The translations under genes and the position numbers were made by a program. 64,000 nt of DNA from Macrostomum hystrix (taxonomy: Eukaryota; Animalia; Platyhelminthes), in NCBI GenBank assembly GCA_950097015.1, contig CATNEN010000029.1, forward strand, positions 7,378,001-7,442,000. The letters run 5' to 3'. The notes beneath the pieces were generated by a model. That model saw only the letters and a program-made list of their open reading frames with translations, had not been told where the DNA came from and searched no databases. This document shows, in pieces, positions 50,061 through 64,000 of this stretch (within the stretch, counting starts at the first letter, position 1; each line of letters opens with the position of its first letter).

Positions 50061-50809
50061 ACATGCGGTCTAGGCCAAAGAAATTGAACTCCGACATCAG
50101 ATGAAGGAGTGATTCGACAAACAACAAGAAGGACAAACAGCGAAGCAGCTGAGACTGTTGCTGCGTTGACTTAGCTAGAACAGAAAAAATATTTTTAATC
50201 TGCGTTTGCAATTGGGCTTCCCGATAGCAGAGTAAAAATTGTGGCCCTCAACTTCTGTTTGCTTTTGTTCCCATGCAGCCTGGAACCCGGCCGCGAAGGC
50301 ATTGTTGCTCGTCGGAGTGCTTCAAGATGGAGTTCTTCCTTCCTCCTTTACGCCTGTTAAACTATTTCTCCCCCGCTTAGCCCCATTATCCCTATGGTAT
50401 TGGCAGAGTAAAGAAGGAAGTCAGTGGAGCAAAGTTGGGTAGAGGGCTCCAGAACAGCCCTCGACAGCAGCTGCTTCTGCTGTTTTTAATAGTGCAGAGA
50501 TGTTTGTGATTTGGAAGCATCTCAATCGAAGTACTTCACTTATCTGGCCCAAATTCGCTGCAAGGTTTGAGGAAAATCAAAAGCGAGAATATATTTATGA
50601 CTGACACATGACATGTTGAGCTGAGTGGCTTTTACCAATAGATACAGGAACTAGCAAGGATGACACAGCATTCAAAATTTAGAGAACACACGACAGACTA
50701 CAAAATGGTAAAGTACACGATAGTAAAAATGAAATGAAAAAAAGCACAAAAGACTTACACTGAGAAGGCAGAACACAAATACCAAAAATCATGCATTTCT
50801 GCTCTTAGT

Positions 50810-52465
50810 GAGAAATCCCTACCTGTTATCAATATGCAATCCCTACTTGCTATCAATCTGCAATCCCTACCTGTTATCAATATGCAATCCCTACTTGTTA
50901 TCAATCTGCAATCCCTACCTGTTATCAATCTGCAATCCCTACCTGTTATCAATATGCAATCCCTACTTGTTATCAATCTGCAATCCCTACTTGTTATCAA
51001 TCTGCAATCCCTACTTGTTATCAATCTGCAATCCCTACCTGTTATCAATCTGCAATCCCTACCTGTTATCAATATGCAATCCCTACATGTTATCAATCTG
51101 CAATCCCTACTTGTTATCAATCTGCAATCCCTACCTGTTATCAATATGCAATCCCTACATGTTATCAATCTGCAATCCCTACCTGTTATCAATCTGCAAT
51201 CCCTACTTGTTATCAATCTGCAATCCCTACCTGTTATCAATCTGCAATCCCTACTTGTTATCAATCTGCAATCCCTACCTGTTATCAATCTGCAATCCCT
51301 ACCTGTTATCAATATGCAATCCCTACATGTTATCAATCTGCAATCCCTACTTGTTATCAATCTGCAATCCCTACATGTTATCAATCTGCAATCCCTACTT
51401 GTTATCAATCTGCAATCCCTACATGTTATCAATCTGCAACCCCTACATGTTATCAATCTGCAATCCCTACTTGTTATCAATCTGCAATCCCTACTTGTTA
51501 TCAATCTGCAATCCCTACCTGTTATCAATATGCAATCCCTACCTGTTATCAATATGCAATCCCTACTTGTTATCAATCTGCAATCCCTACCTGTTATCAA
51601 TCTGCAATCCCTACTTGTTATCAATCTGCAATCCCTACCTGTTATCAATCTGCAATCCCTACATGTTATCAATCTGCAATCCATACATGTTATCAATCTG
51701 CAATCCCTACATGTTATCAATCTGCAATCCTACCTGTTATCAAACTGCAATCCATACTTGTTATCAATATGCAATCCCTACCTGTTATCAATCTGCAACC
51801 CCTACATGTTATCAATCTGCAACCCCTACATGTTATCAATCTGCAATCCCTAGCTGTTATCAATCTGCAATCCCTACATGTTATCAATCTGCAATCCCTA
51901 CATGTTATCAATATGCAATCCATACATGTTATCAATCTGCAATCCCTACATGTTATCAATCTGCAATCCTACCTGTTATCAATCTGCAATCCCTACTTGT
52001 TATCAATATGCAATCCCTACCTGTTATCAATCTGCAACCCCTACATGTTATCAATCTGCAATCCCTACTTGTTATCAATCTGCAATCCCTACCTGTTATC
52101 AATCTGCAATCCCTACATGTTATCAACCTGCAATCCCTACATGTTATCAATATGCAATCCATACATGTTATCAATCTGCAATCCCTACATGTTATCAATC
52201 TGCAATCCTACCTGTTATCAAACTGCAATCTATACTTGTTATCAATATGCAATCCCTACCTGTTATCAATATGCAATCCCTACCTGTTATTAATCTGCAA
52301 TCCCTACCTGTTATCAAACTGCAATTCATACTTGTTATCAATATGCAACCCCTACATGTTATCAATCTGAAATCCCTACATGTTATCAATCTGCAATCCC
52401 TACATGTTATCAATCTGCAATCCTACCTGTTATCAAACTGCAATCCATACTTGTTATCAATCTGC
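50810..52465. repeat. 24-bp minisatellite (CAATCCCTACYTGTTATCAATCTG)
   Basis: Direct reading. Confidence 0.97.
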
Positions 52466-53086
52466 AGTGTTTGTACAAAATTTGTTTTATAATAGGTCCA
52501 GCTTGATTTATATGAGTTCCAGTGTGTTTTAGAAGAGGTCCAGTTTTTTTAGAAAGTTCGAACTTTTTCAGAAGAGGTCTTGTTTTAAAATCTGTAAATG
52601 TTGGTTTCTAATATACGAGCTATGGAGTCATTTTTGCTGTTTCTACTGTTAGTAGTTAAAAAGTTCAGGTGACTCTGATATCGACGCAATAACAAGAAAG
52701 TTTTGACTTTTCAAAGTACAATTTTAAGCAAAGCGTGCATTGTAATTAAGTTTAAGCTAGAAGTGTACACACATTATAAGCACTAGTGTGTTTGTCTGTA
52801 CTTATCACTTATCATTTACGAAACAGCTTCTATAACATTAACATTCTCATGAAAATTAAAGCAAAACAGCCAAGTTTTATGGATTTTTATCTGAAATATG
52901 GGATGTAATGCTTTAGCTTGGTTAATAATTATGATAAAAATTTCCTAATAAGAATACATTCTAAATAATAGCGAATACGAAATACTAAAACACCTGTTTA
53001 CATTTATTTTAAGAAACTGAATGTCAGGATTGAATTTTACTGATCCAATTCAAACAAAAAAAACATTGTGAAATGATTTTAACATT

Positions 53087-55012
<1,926 letters not shown>

Positions 55013-55859
55013 CGTCCTGTTTCCGTTTATTTAGTCGGGATAAAAAGAGAAAACTATTAAGATAATGTTTTGATAGAATTTATACAGTTTTTCTCCGAAA
55101 ATTAATTAGGTTTCGAGTGACAGAGAGAAATAAAAACTGCCACTGAACAAGTTTGCGCAAAAAGCAAAGCCCAAACTGTACATTAGTACATGTATACACC
55201 TATTTTCACATTGAATATCATGTGAGTGTAAGAGGGTAGGCTGTGTACGCCATTAGTGAGAGAACTGAGAGAGTGGGGGGCAGAAAGTGTGGGCCCCATG
55301 CGGTAAATGCATGCCAAGGCCAAAATTTGGTTTCTGTCCCTCTCACCAAGAGATTTTCCCGGATTGGTCTATGCTGAGAAGCAGCTTGAATTAAGAAAAT
55401 TAATGTGCAAGCCTTGGCTATAGGAGAGAGGAAATTGTCAGTTGTGGGACAGATGATAACAGAGGGCAGACAGACAGCCCTAGTCTAAATGTTGCAAAAG
55501 TACATTGCGCGCATTGCAGACCTTCAGATATTATTAATTTTAATTCAGCAGGTTTGAAGCACTGCTTGTAGGCCCCTACAAAGTTAAATAACTTCTTTAA
55601 CTACAGCCATGAAAAAAGTAAGATTTAGTATCGGTTTACCTGAGACCTTTGCCATATCTAGGGGTGGCAACTCTGCCACAGGATCTCTTGTGATTTTTAA
55701 GCTACGAGTACATAAATAAGTGATTGTTACAGCCCTAAGGGATAAGCTGCTGTATAGTGTCAAATATTTACGGAGTTACAACAATGACTAACAATTACAA
55801 TTTCACAGATTAGATGAACTGAATCACTTATGGGTGAACTGACTTGCTTAACGCCACAA

Positions 55860-55945
55860 ATATATTTCATTGGGCTGCGATTCGAACTACCGACCTTTCT
55901 GTCCAACCACGGGGCCAAAGGGCTATACGCTTCGTCGCATACAAT
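55860..55945 (-). mobile_element. tRNA-like / SINE-head fragment
   Basis: The minus strand has GGTAGTTCGAATC (B-box-like); the remainder is degenerate. Confidence 0.3.
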
Positions 55946-57038
55946 AATATCTTCTATAGTACGAGTATTATACTTCTGACCTTTCTCTGCTTGGATCTTT
56001 CTGCCAATAAAAAGGATAATGCTAGAAAAAGCAGCTCAGAAATCTTCCATCCAAAAGTTTTTTGCAGAAAAAGATAGGAGTTTTCAGAAAAATACATATA
56101 TATAGCACCCCAGTTCAGCGTAGCACGCACAAGGACCACTAGAATAAGAAGGATCATTTCTTCTTCAAGCTGTCTCTGAGCAAGTAGGCCTAGTGGAGAC
56201 GCACTTTTTGTTGTCAATTTAAAGTTATTGCAATGTAAATTTTTTAATTAAAATTTAAATCCTTTTAAAATTCTGGCGATTTACAAGCTATTATAATAAA
56301 AATGATGCATTTTTACTCTGTTTGTTAAAACTCTTACCAAGCTGGCGCATGTTCAGATTGCATAAAATCATGAAAGTCTTAAATTTACGTTAATTAAACT
56401 TACTAACTAGCAAATGGCATGGCCTATGAAATATAACACCAGAAATTATATACCTCTTTGTTATGTTTGTTAGAAGAGACTATGAGCAAAATTTGATGCA
56501 ATATAGCATAAGCACATGCGTATTGAGCCTCACTGCAAGTTGTCTATAGAAAAAGTAAAAATGTAAACTGGCATGTAATTTACCCATTGGAGCACTTTTA
56601 GCAATATTTAATCATTTAAGCGCTATCTTGTGTGGCATTTCCATTTTCATTTCCGGTTGCCTCCAAATAAATAAACCAGGAAGCTCCATATAAAAAAATT
56701 ACAACATGAACAAGGTTTATCAGAAATAAACAAATTCGCTTGATGTAACCTGCTTATAAAGAAACATAGGGCCTACACCAGAAACGTTTTTATGTAAGTT
56801 CCAAATTCAGTTTTTTAGTAAGTTACACAATCAAATCGCCAGCGATGCAGCATGGAACATAGTGCAGCGTCTGCCTGAACCAGCTGCTGCACTTCACAGA
56901 CACAGAGGTGTGTAGTATGATCTCTAATGTTGCTGCCTTGAAATGTCTGCTGCTGCTGCCTTAAAAATCTCACCAGTACATGACAGTTGCATAAGGCCTA
57001 GTGTGGTTTCTGGAGCCAAAAGGCAGAGTATCGAGTTC

Positions 57039-57492
57039 GGTCCCAGGTCATTTCGGTGACAAGACATTTCGGTGACAGTCATTTCGGTGACACAATTGGT
57101 CAGATTGTTGACAACTATTTTTGCACCTAAATAGCCTTCCATTTTAACTATGCACACATATAAATTATTAATTAAATAATGCTAAAAGTATTAATAAGAA
57201 GCTGCATCGCTATGTTAAAGTCTGGGTTTTACTTTAAATGAGTTAAATTATTAAATTATTTAATGAGTAGTCAATAGTTTCAATAGTTATTCGTTCCTAA
57301 TTAAATGTGTATAATAATCATTTTTCGAGTTTTGGATTGACAAGGCGAGTGCAGGCTTTAAGCAGCTGCTGGATTGTGGAAGGCTGTTTTCTTAGCATAT
57401 TTAGGTGCAAAAATAGTTGTCACCGAACTGACCAATTCTGTCACCGAAATGACTGTCACCGAAATGTCTTGTCACCGAAATGACCTGGGACC
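57039..57492. mobile_element. 454-bp MITE with 95-bp terminal inverted repeats and an 8-bp TSD (TCGAGTTC)
   Basis: TIRs 57039-57133 and 57398-57492 begin GGTCCCAGGTCATTTCGGTGAC and contain ATTTCGGTGAC subrepeats. Identical 8-mers at 57031-57038 and 57493-57500. Confidence 0.93.
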
Positions 57493-58002
57493 TCGAGTTC
57501 TAGTTGTGCATCTGGTTGGGCCAACCCCCTTTTAATGGCTGCCTTCAGGCAAGAATGCCTGCATTCTACCAAATTCAAGAATGGTGAATAAAGGCAAAAC
57601 CATGATGTGCCAGTTTGCCAGTTTTGTTTATAGTCTTAAAATATTGCACAGGTGACACTCTGGTATCTTTGGCAGTGATTCTGTCAAGGCCTTAAAAATG
57701 GTAATAGCTTAGTCACTTCTGTCTAACATGATAAAAAAACTGAGTATATCAGCATAGATATTGCTGTTTATAGGCTTCCGTGCTTAAATGAGTTGTCTAA
57801 GGATTATATTGCTTATCAGTTTAACACACCTTTTGGCAATGTTGCAGTTTTTTTTCTCATAATTATTTTTACTTTTGAATACATGCCAATGTGTCACAAA
57901 GTCATGAACAATCAAGCAAGTGAACATTAACAGGACTTAACATTGCTCCTTAGTCACTGAATCCTCAAAAGTTGCTCAAAACAAGTATCAGAATTCAAAT
58001 CC

Positions 58003-58430
58003 TCATAGGGGATAGTAATGGGCAATCCAATATAGCACTGCACCAAAGATGGTAGGGTACATGCAATGCCAGAGGTATTCTTCAATGACTTTCATAGAGA
58101 GCATCAAATATGTCATGCATTGATCTGAATTTGCACTTAGCATGTGCCCATGTACCTTTGATTGTGTTCGTATGAGCTGTTACATCCTGAGGGTTGACAA
58201 AGTGTAGAAGGTGGTTGACAATGGGATGGTTCCGGAGCCCAGCATATGCTAGCTAGCCATCTGTGAGGATCCGAGTTCTAGGCAGACCATAGTGCTGAAT
58301 TATAGGAACTATTGTCTAGGCAGTCCTATCTAGTATGACTACCATCATGCACTTGCTTGTGTGGCGTTTGACTATAACCATTGCCCAACACCTAATGCCC
58401 TTTGTGCTATGTACCTTGGTGGTACCTTAA
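58003..58430 (-). pseudogene. Decayed Merlin / IS1595(ISXO2)-type DDE transposase, C-terminal half
   Basis: Minus-strand translation with stops and frameshifts: GQW..IVKRHTSKCMMVVILDRTA*TIVPIIQHYGLPRTRILTDG*LAYAGL..VNH..HFVNP..AHTNTIKGTWAHAK..EEYLW..FGAVL.WIAHYYPL*. Confidence 0.8.
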
Positions 58431-59039
58431 AAGTATAACTAATTACGCGAAACAAAGTGCAACATTGCCCCACCTTTATTATAGGCAACTAGTAATGAAG
58501 CTCAAAATATATGCTTTTGCTATTTTGGATTAAATAGTTTGTTTACAGTTTTAACTAGCTTACCAAAATGTTATATAATATAGTAAGCCCTATTGATTAG
58601 GCCTTATTAGCATTGCTATCCATGTAAGATTTGTTTAAATGATTGGCCTATTGACAACATTACAACTGTCTATAGTTGATTCTTACTTATATCTATTAGG
58701 CCTATAAGAGTTCCACTGTTACCAACATTTTCCTATATCTATATCCATAGCTATATGTCCAAAATTTTCTTATAGCCTATTAGTATTGGTGTCTATAACT
58801 AAAAAAATCCTATATGCCTAACTTCTTATAACCTCTGTAGCTCTATATCCATAATTTCCCATAGGCATAGCCATATCTTTTGATATGGCAGAATTCTATC
58901 TATTATTTTCTTAGGCTCATAGTAGCATACAAGCCTTTTTCATGATGACATTTTCTATTCTTTCTAGCTTTAATACACATCTGTTTAAACTACTAAAATT
59001 AAATTGTCTTATCCTGATTTCTATACTATTATTTTAGTG

Positions 59040-60150
59040 TCAACAATGACTAATTTCAATTGGCTATAGTAAGTACAAGGCCCCAATTTGAAGCTCAATT
59101 CCATTCGGATTAAGAGTAGTTGAATTTTTTTCATTAGATAGTTAAATTGAAATCAAAGTATGACAAAAACGTATCCTTAAAAGACTGCTTTTTAGAGATA
59201 GGACCATCAAATATTGGAACCTACTTCTTGGGCAGCAAGTACAAACTTACAGTCAAACTTACCGCTGCTCATGTTTAGTTGACAGCACCTCAAGAACAGT
59301 TTCTGCCTCTGGCACTACATTTGAATCAAACTGTCTAATCAGTTATAAAATTAGACAGAATTGAGCAAAATATATCATATCTATGAATCAACTTGGCCAA
59401 ATTTGAAGTTGGTGTTCTTTTCATCCATATATTTATCTGTTAATTGAAAAAAATCTGACAAATAAATAAAGTAGAACTACAAATATATAAGCCTAAATTT
59501 TACTTTTAGCCTCGTCCTGAATAACCTTTATTTATAATAAATAATTTAATATTTTCCAATTCAGCTACATGGATTTAGAACTAGCATGTACAAATTAGAA
59601 TTAGGACAAGTCTCACACTGCTTCTATTTTGTCTGGTTGTAAAGGATTTAAAAAAATTAGCTGTTCCCTAGGCTTATATGTAAGACTACTTTTCTAACAA
59701 GTTTTATATACTTGTAGTAGTGTCTAAATTTTGCTTTTTAACTAATGACTATTATAGGTCAGGAAGTCTATATGTTGAAACCTAGACAATACTAATTTTT
59801 TAAAACAAATGTACTATATTTTTTGCTTTTTCCACTGTGTCCAAGTTATATAAAAAAGAGAACCAAGACTCTTTCTTGTTCTTAAAATGCTAGAAGATAT
59901 CATACTTAAAATACTTGTGCTCAATGAAAAGTAGTCAGTGTCAATTTTCCCGTGAAGAGCCAATTCTCTGGCAAGACTGTACCTTGATGCTAGATGGTTC
60001 AATTTGCTAACCATTTTCTAGAATCGAGTTTAGGCTGCTATATTTCTGTGGTCATCTCTTTCTGGTAGATCAAAGTTGATTGGCCATATGACTATGGAAT
60101 TGAAATTCCTCTGCTAGTGAATTCAGGTCAAGGCTATGAGAGCTGTCATT
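59040..60150 (+). pseudogene. Probable decayed WD40-repeat gene (ATG16-like C-terminus), intron-containing
   Basis: Collinear fragments DRTIKYWNLLLGQQVQT (59197), EDIILKILVL...W...LDGSI (about 59895-60005) and AIFLWSSLSGR (about 60035) follow recalled ATG16L1 WD motifs in order. Stops and frameshifts present. Confidence 0.4.
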
Positions 60151-61263
60151 AACCTTCAAGCTCTCCTTATGGTGTGAGTTTTTTATGCCATGGCATATGC
60201 TGTTCATGGCAAGTTTTATATTTATGTAAAAAATATATATATATACTTTGTTGAGTACTATGAATATACAGTGTATGATTGATAAATAGATTTTGACAAA
60301 AAATAAGTATTAAACAAAAAAACAGATAGGAACCTATTAGCATCCTGATTTACAATTTGTCACCATGATTTTGGTCCTAAGTTGCCAAATGGCACTAAAA
60401 TTTTAATTTTTTAAGGGAAAAACCTGACTAATGGTTCCAGCCTTTCAAGTCTTGTCTCCAGAACTTCTATCCTATCAAATTATTGGTTGAAGCATTTTGC
60501 ACCTCTACAGATAAAAGCTCTGACAGAGGATTTTGAAGGCTTTGCCCATCAAAGGAATTTGTCTCAGACTTGTCCTTGGATACCGATTTAAATGCTGCCT
60601 TGGTGTCAGCACCTGTAGCGGCAGCAGATGTCAGATTGTATTCTATCCTTAAAATTGGAATAGAATACAACACAGTGGTGGCGGTTCCCAGCTAGAACTA
60701 GTCTGGGGGGCATGTCTGCGCCCCATTCCTTTGGAGGTACTCAAGCATGTGTGGGCCATCGTCTGCAATGACAGACAGCAATGGATTCTTTCACATGCTG
60801 GACATGCCCAGATGTCCAGCATGTGAACCCAAAAGGCATGCTTAATTATCCTAGGAAAAACCAGGGTACTAGACTGTACTTTTCCAAGTGACCCTGGATG
60901 GTCTCACATCGTGAAGGTGGCAGCTTTAGGAAACATGCTGAGCACACTCAGTGGTCTGAACCACCAGACCACTGGTGGTGGTATGGTTGCAATAAAATAT
61001 AATTTCCTTTGGTTATAACTTCTTTATAGCTATTTTTAGAATAAACTTATTTTTAAGTTTGGTTGATCCACTCCTGCATCTGTAATCACAACTTAAGTTG
61101 TGCTAATAACCTATTAGAGCAATATCATAATTCAACTGTGAGCACCAATTGAATGCAATTTGTCGATAATACACATTTGGCAATAGTAATCATTGCCAAT
61201 TATTTCACTTATTCTTACAATGTCTACAGCTGTAACTTAAGACGTGCATTCATGCTATTACAG

Positions 61264-63079
61264 ATGTTTGGCAAGACAAACTTTTTCTTGTCACAAAGTT
61301 CTGGTGCCAGCAATGCTGGTCCACGTGAAAAAGAGGTTGGAACCTATGGTCCATATGGCCATGCTATCAACCCTGCTGCTGCTTTTCGTCGGACACTGCC
61401 ACCATGGTGGCCCGACGATGCAACTTCGACTGGTTCTGCTTCCGTTACCGCCGCTGGCAATGCTAGTGTCCCTGCAGCTGGTGCTTCTCATATTAGCAGG
61501 CCACAACAGCATCAAAAGCAGAGGCAGCTGCCACAGCCAACGAATGAGGAGAAGCTAAGAGATGCTTACTTGCTTCCTCATCCGGCTTCCCAGAAAAATC
61601 TGCAGCAAAGGCAGCAACAGCAGAAGCAGGAGCAGCAATGGCAGAAAATGGAGCTGCAAAGACAGCAGCAATTAGAGTTGCAACTGCAAAGAAAGCAGCA
61701 AATTGAGTTGCAGAAGAAACAACATGGAAGAGGAAGAGAAGCTTAGGCAGCAACAGCATCAATTGCAACAGATGGAGCAGCAAAAGAAGCAGCTACAGCT
61801 GCAGAGGCAGCAGGTCGAGCAACAGCAAAGGAATCTGCAAATGCAGCAAGAGCGGCTGCGGCGTGAGCAGCAGGAGCAGCAAATGCAGCAGCAGCGTGAA
61901 CTGCAGAAGCAGCAGCGTCAACTCCATCAGCAGCAGCATGCCTACCAGCAGGAGCTAGATCAAATGCACGATTATGATCCTAGGCAGTTATATCATTGCA
62001 CCTTGTGCAACTTGCAGTTCTCAAGCCCTGGTGAGCTTCAGGTGCATAAGCTTGAAAGCACAGAGCACAGGAGCAACCAGAAAATGTTAATTTGCCGCGA
62101 AGAGTGCCAGAGAGTATATGGCGTGGTCACTGACCACCGCCTGATGCAGTTCCTACTGCACTTCTGCCATTCATGCTGCATGGCATTCGAGAATGAAGTT
62201 CAACTTGCTAGGCACACTGCATCTTCCGTTCATCTGGCCGCTACAGGTGTTCCCCAGGCTAGTTTTGCCTCCACTGTTTCTGCCGCTGCTGCTGCATCAT
62301 TCGACTCACTTTCGGCGCAGCGCGCTGATCACTTTCAACTTGGCGGTCTGTCTCACGAAAATAAAGATCGTATGCTTCTTTCAACAGAAAGTATCGCTAC
62401 ATCCTCTGGCATTTCCGGGTATAACAATTCTTTGTTTGGATCGCGACCAATCGGCGCCGCCTTCAAGGCAAGCGAGCCAAACGCAAGCACGAAGTCGCGA
62501 TCACGTGGCCGTCGGCAGCACAAATCGCCGCCGCGTAAGGCTTCGCCGCCGACGCGAAAGCCTTCACCTCCGCCGCCGCGGCCACCGTCAAAGAAGGCGC
62601 ACATTAAACCGAGTACTCAGCCTAAACCTTTTAAACCAAAGCCTCCTTTGCCACCGTCCAAGGCACACCAAGATTCTAAGCCTGTGGCGTCAGCAAACTC
62701 TCTTCTCGGCACTGTTCGTGCGCCTTCTGGCAAAAAGCGGCCATCAGACATGCCACCACCTGCACACTCACCTCCGAAAAGGTTATTAGGCCAGAAGCCC
62801 GGCCAAAAATTTATTGCCCACTGTTCCATTTGCAAGGTGAACATTAACAGCGAGGCTAGTTCCAACGAGCACTTTAACGGCAAGAGGCACGCTCTCGCTG
62901 TAGCTGCTGCCGCTGGTGGTGCATCGACTTCTGCTTCGCCCGATGAGGATCTTGTCCAATGCGAGACTTGCCAGATCAATGTGCGCCGCCAAAATCTGGT
63001 TAGTCACCGGATGTCGAAAGAGCACGCACAGAAGTTGGCTAAAATTGGCGCTGAAATGATGAAGCTTGTGTCGCACTGA
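61264..63079 (+). CDS. Intronless Q-rich protein with four matrin/U1-type C2H2 zinc fingers; ORF split by a frameshift near 61723 (61264..61722 + 61724..63079, about 604 aa if joined)
   Basis: Fingers: CTLCNLQFSSPGELQVHKLESTEH, CHSCCMAFENEVQLARHTASSVH, CSICKVNINSEASSNEHFNGKRH and CETCQINVRRQNLVSHRMSKEH. The Q-rich coiled coil continues across the frame change. Confidence 0.75.
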
Positions 63080-64000
63080 ATTCGTTTTATTGCGATCCGT
63101 TTCTTTGACTGACTTCTGATTGTTTTAAGTTTGTCGATTCCCCAATTTGCACTAGTTGTTTATTTTATCTTATTTACGCAGTCTTGTATGGATGGTTTCC
63201 ATCGTTAAAATAAGGTATGCATGAAAAATAGCTTTCAACGATACCGTTTACTTTATTGCAAGGTAATAGTACATTTTTGCTGACTGTCTGCTAGAGGATA
63301 GAACAAGCCATGTCGTCATTCTTAGTCTACGTTGCGGTCTAAATGTCGATCTGAAGTTCAACTCCAACACAAATGGTCAGGTGCTCCAACCTTGCACAAA
63401 AGTTTTGAAAAAATGTGCGCTGTTCTTATTCTTCTCTCCAAACATGTTAAGAGAAATTACTTTTCTTGTTATGTGACATCTTATTGGCAGCATCATTGGA
63501 GGTTTTCCGTCATTATTTCCTCTCGGGTTAGACGACATTTCGGAGAGCGTTAAATTTTAGATTGTTCTGTTTGCTTCTGGTCAAAAACTCAAGCTTCAAA
63601 TTTAAAGCTTCTGCTGTTGACTTGCTGGCCAGTCCAGACTTCTCTTGCGCTTTGATTAGTTTCAATGAATTCCGAGTTTTTCACTTATGAAGTTAGTTTT
63701 CTATCCCCGATCGGTCTCAGCCGTGTCTTGATAAGCCGTGCTCGTCTTTATAAGTAAAATCTTAACAAATGTCGATTGAAAGGCATACGGCTTTTTTATT
63801 GGTAACCATGGATACTAATCTATAAACCAGAGCCTATCGTGACTTCAAAACGAAAGGCAAATATTTAAATAAGAGCTAGTTTATCCTATTTTTGCATCAA
63901 GGGTATTTGTGCAAAACAATTTATTGCTAACGGGTCTCGAAATCGAGTTGCAAAAAAAGTCCAACGCCAATACTTTCGCGCGTGTCTTGACGATTTCATA

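Noticed and set aside
43039-50211. ORFs up to 1775 aa on the minus strand
   Set aside because: Satellite translation; no domain content.
640-52465. CRISPR-like appearance of regular repeats
   Set aside because: Units are head-to-tail with no unique spacers, there are no cas genes, and the context is eukaryotic.
50755-52492. Cys-rich periodic ORFs (LSICNPYL, ITCRDCRL)
   Set aside because: 24-bp repeat artefact, not a metallothionein or keratin-associated protein.
55659-55737. hAT-like ends TAGGGGTGGCAAC ... GTTACAGCCCTA
   Set aside because: Imperfect match and no TSD.
60467-60673. Minus-strand 68-aa ORF with an acceptor-like start
   Set aside because: No partner exons or homology recognised; left unannotated.

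Overview
Eukaryotic (animal) genomic DNA with GC-rich exons in AT-rich, minisatellite-packed introns and intergenic spacers. The style suggests a free-living flatworm such as Macrostomum, but this is inference and not proven. All exon models below were built by hand from splice sites, phase and recalled family motifs; no database search was run. Genes, left to right: a 7-exon TANGO6 (+); a tandem array of five divergent two-exon type-I membrane receptor genes (+) with signal peptide, CUB-like domain, atypical C-type lectin domain, TM helix and PY-motif tail; a PLA2G15/LCAT-family lipase (+); a GT32 DXD glycosyltransferase (+); SQOR (-); and an intronless Q-rich protein with four matrin/U1-type zinc fingers, split by a frameshift (+). 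The window also holds about 30 tandem-repeat arrays (one of about 7.2 kb), tRNA-derived SINE-like copies, a MITE with an 8-bp TSD, a decayed Merlin/IS1595-type transposase and a probable decayed WD40 (ATG16-like) gene. The most interesting items are the receptor array, an intron made of tandem GT..AG mini-intron units, and a receptor paralog that lacks its own in-frame ATG. Most long ORFs in the supplied track are artefacts of tandem repeats.
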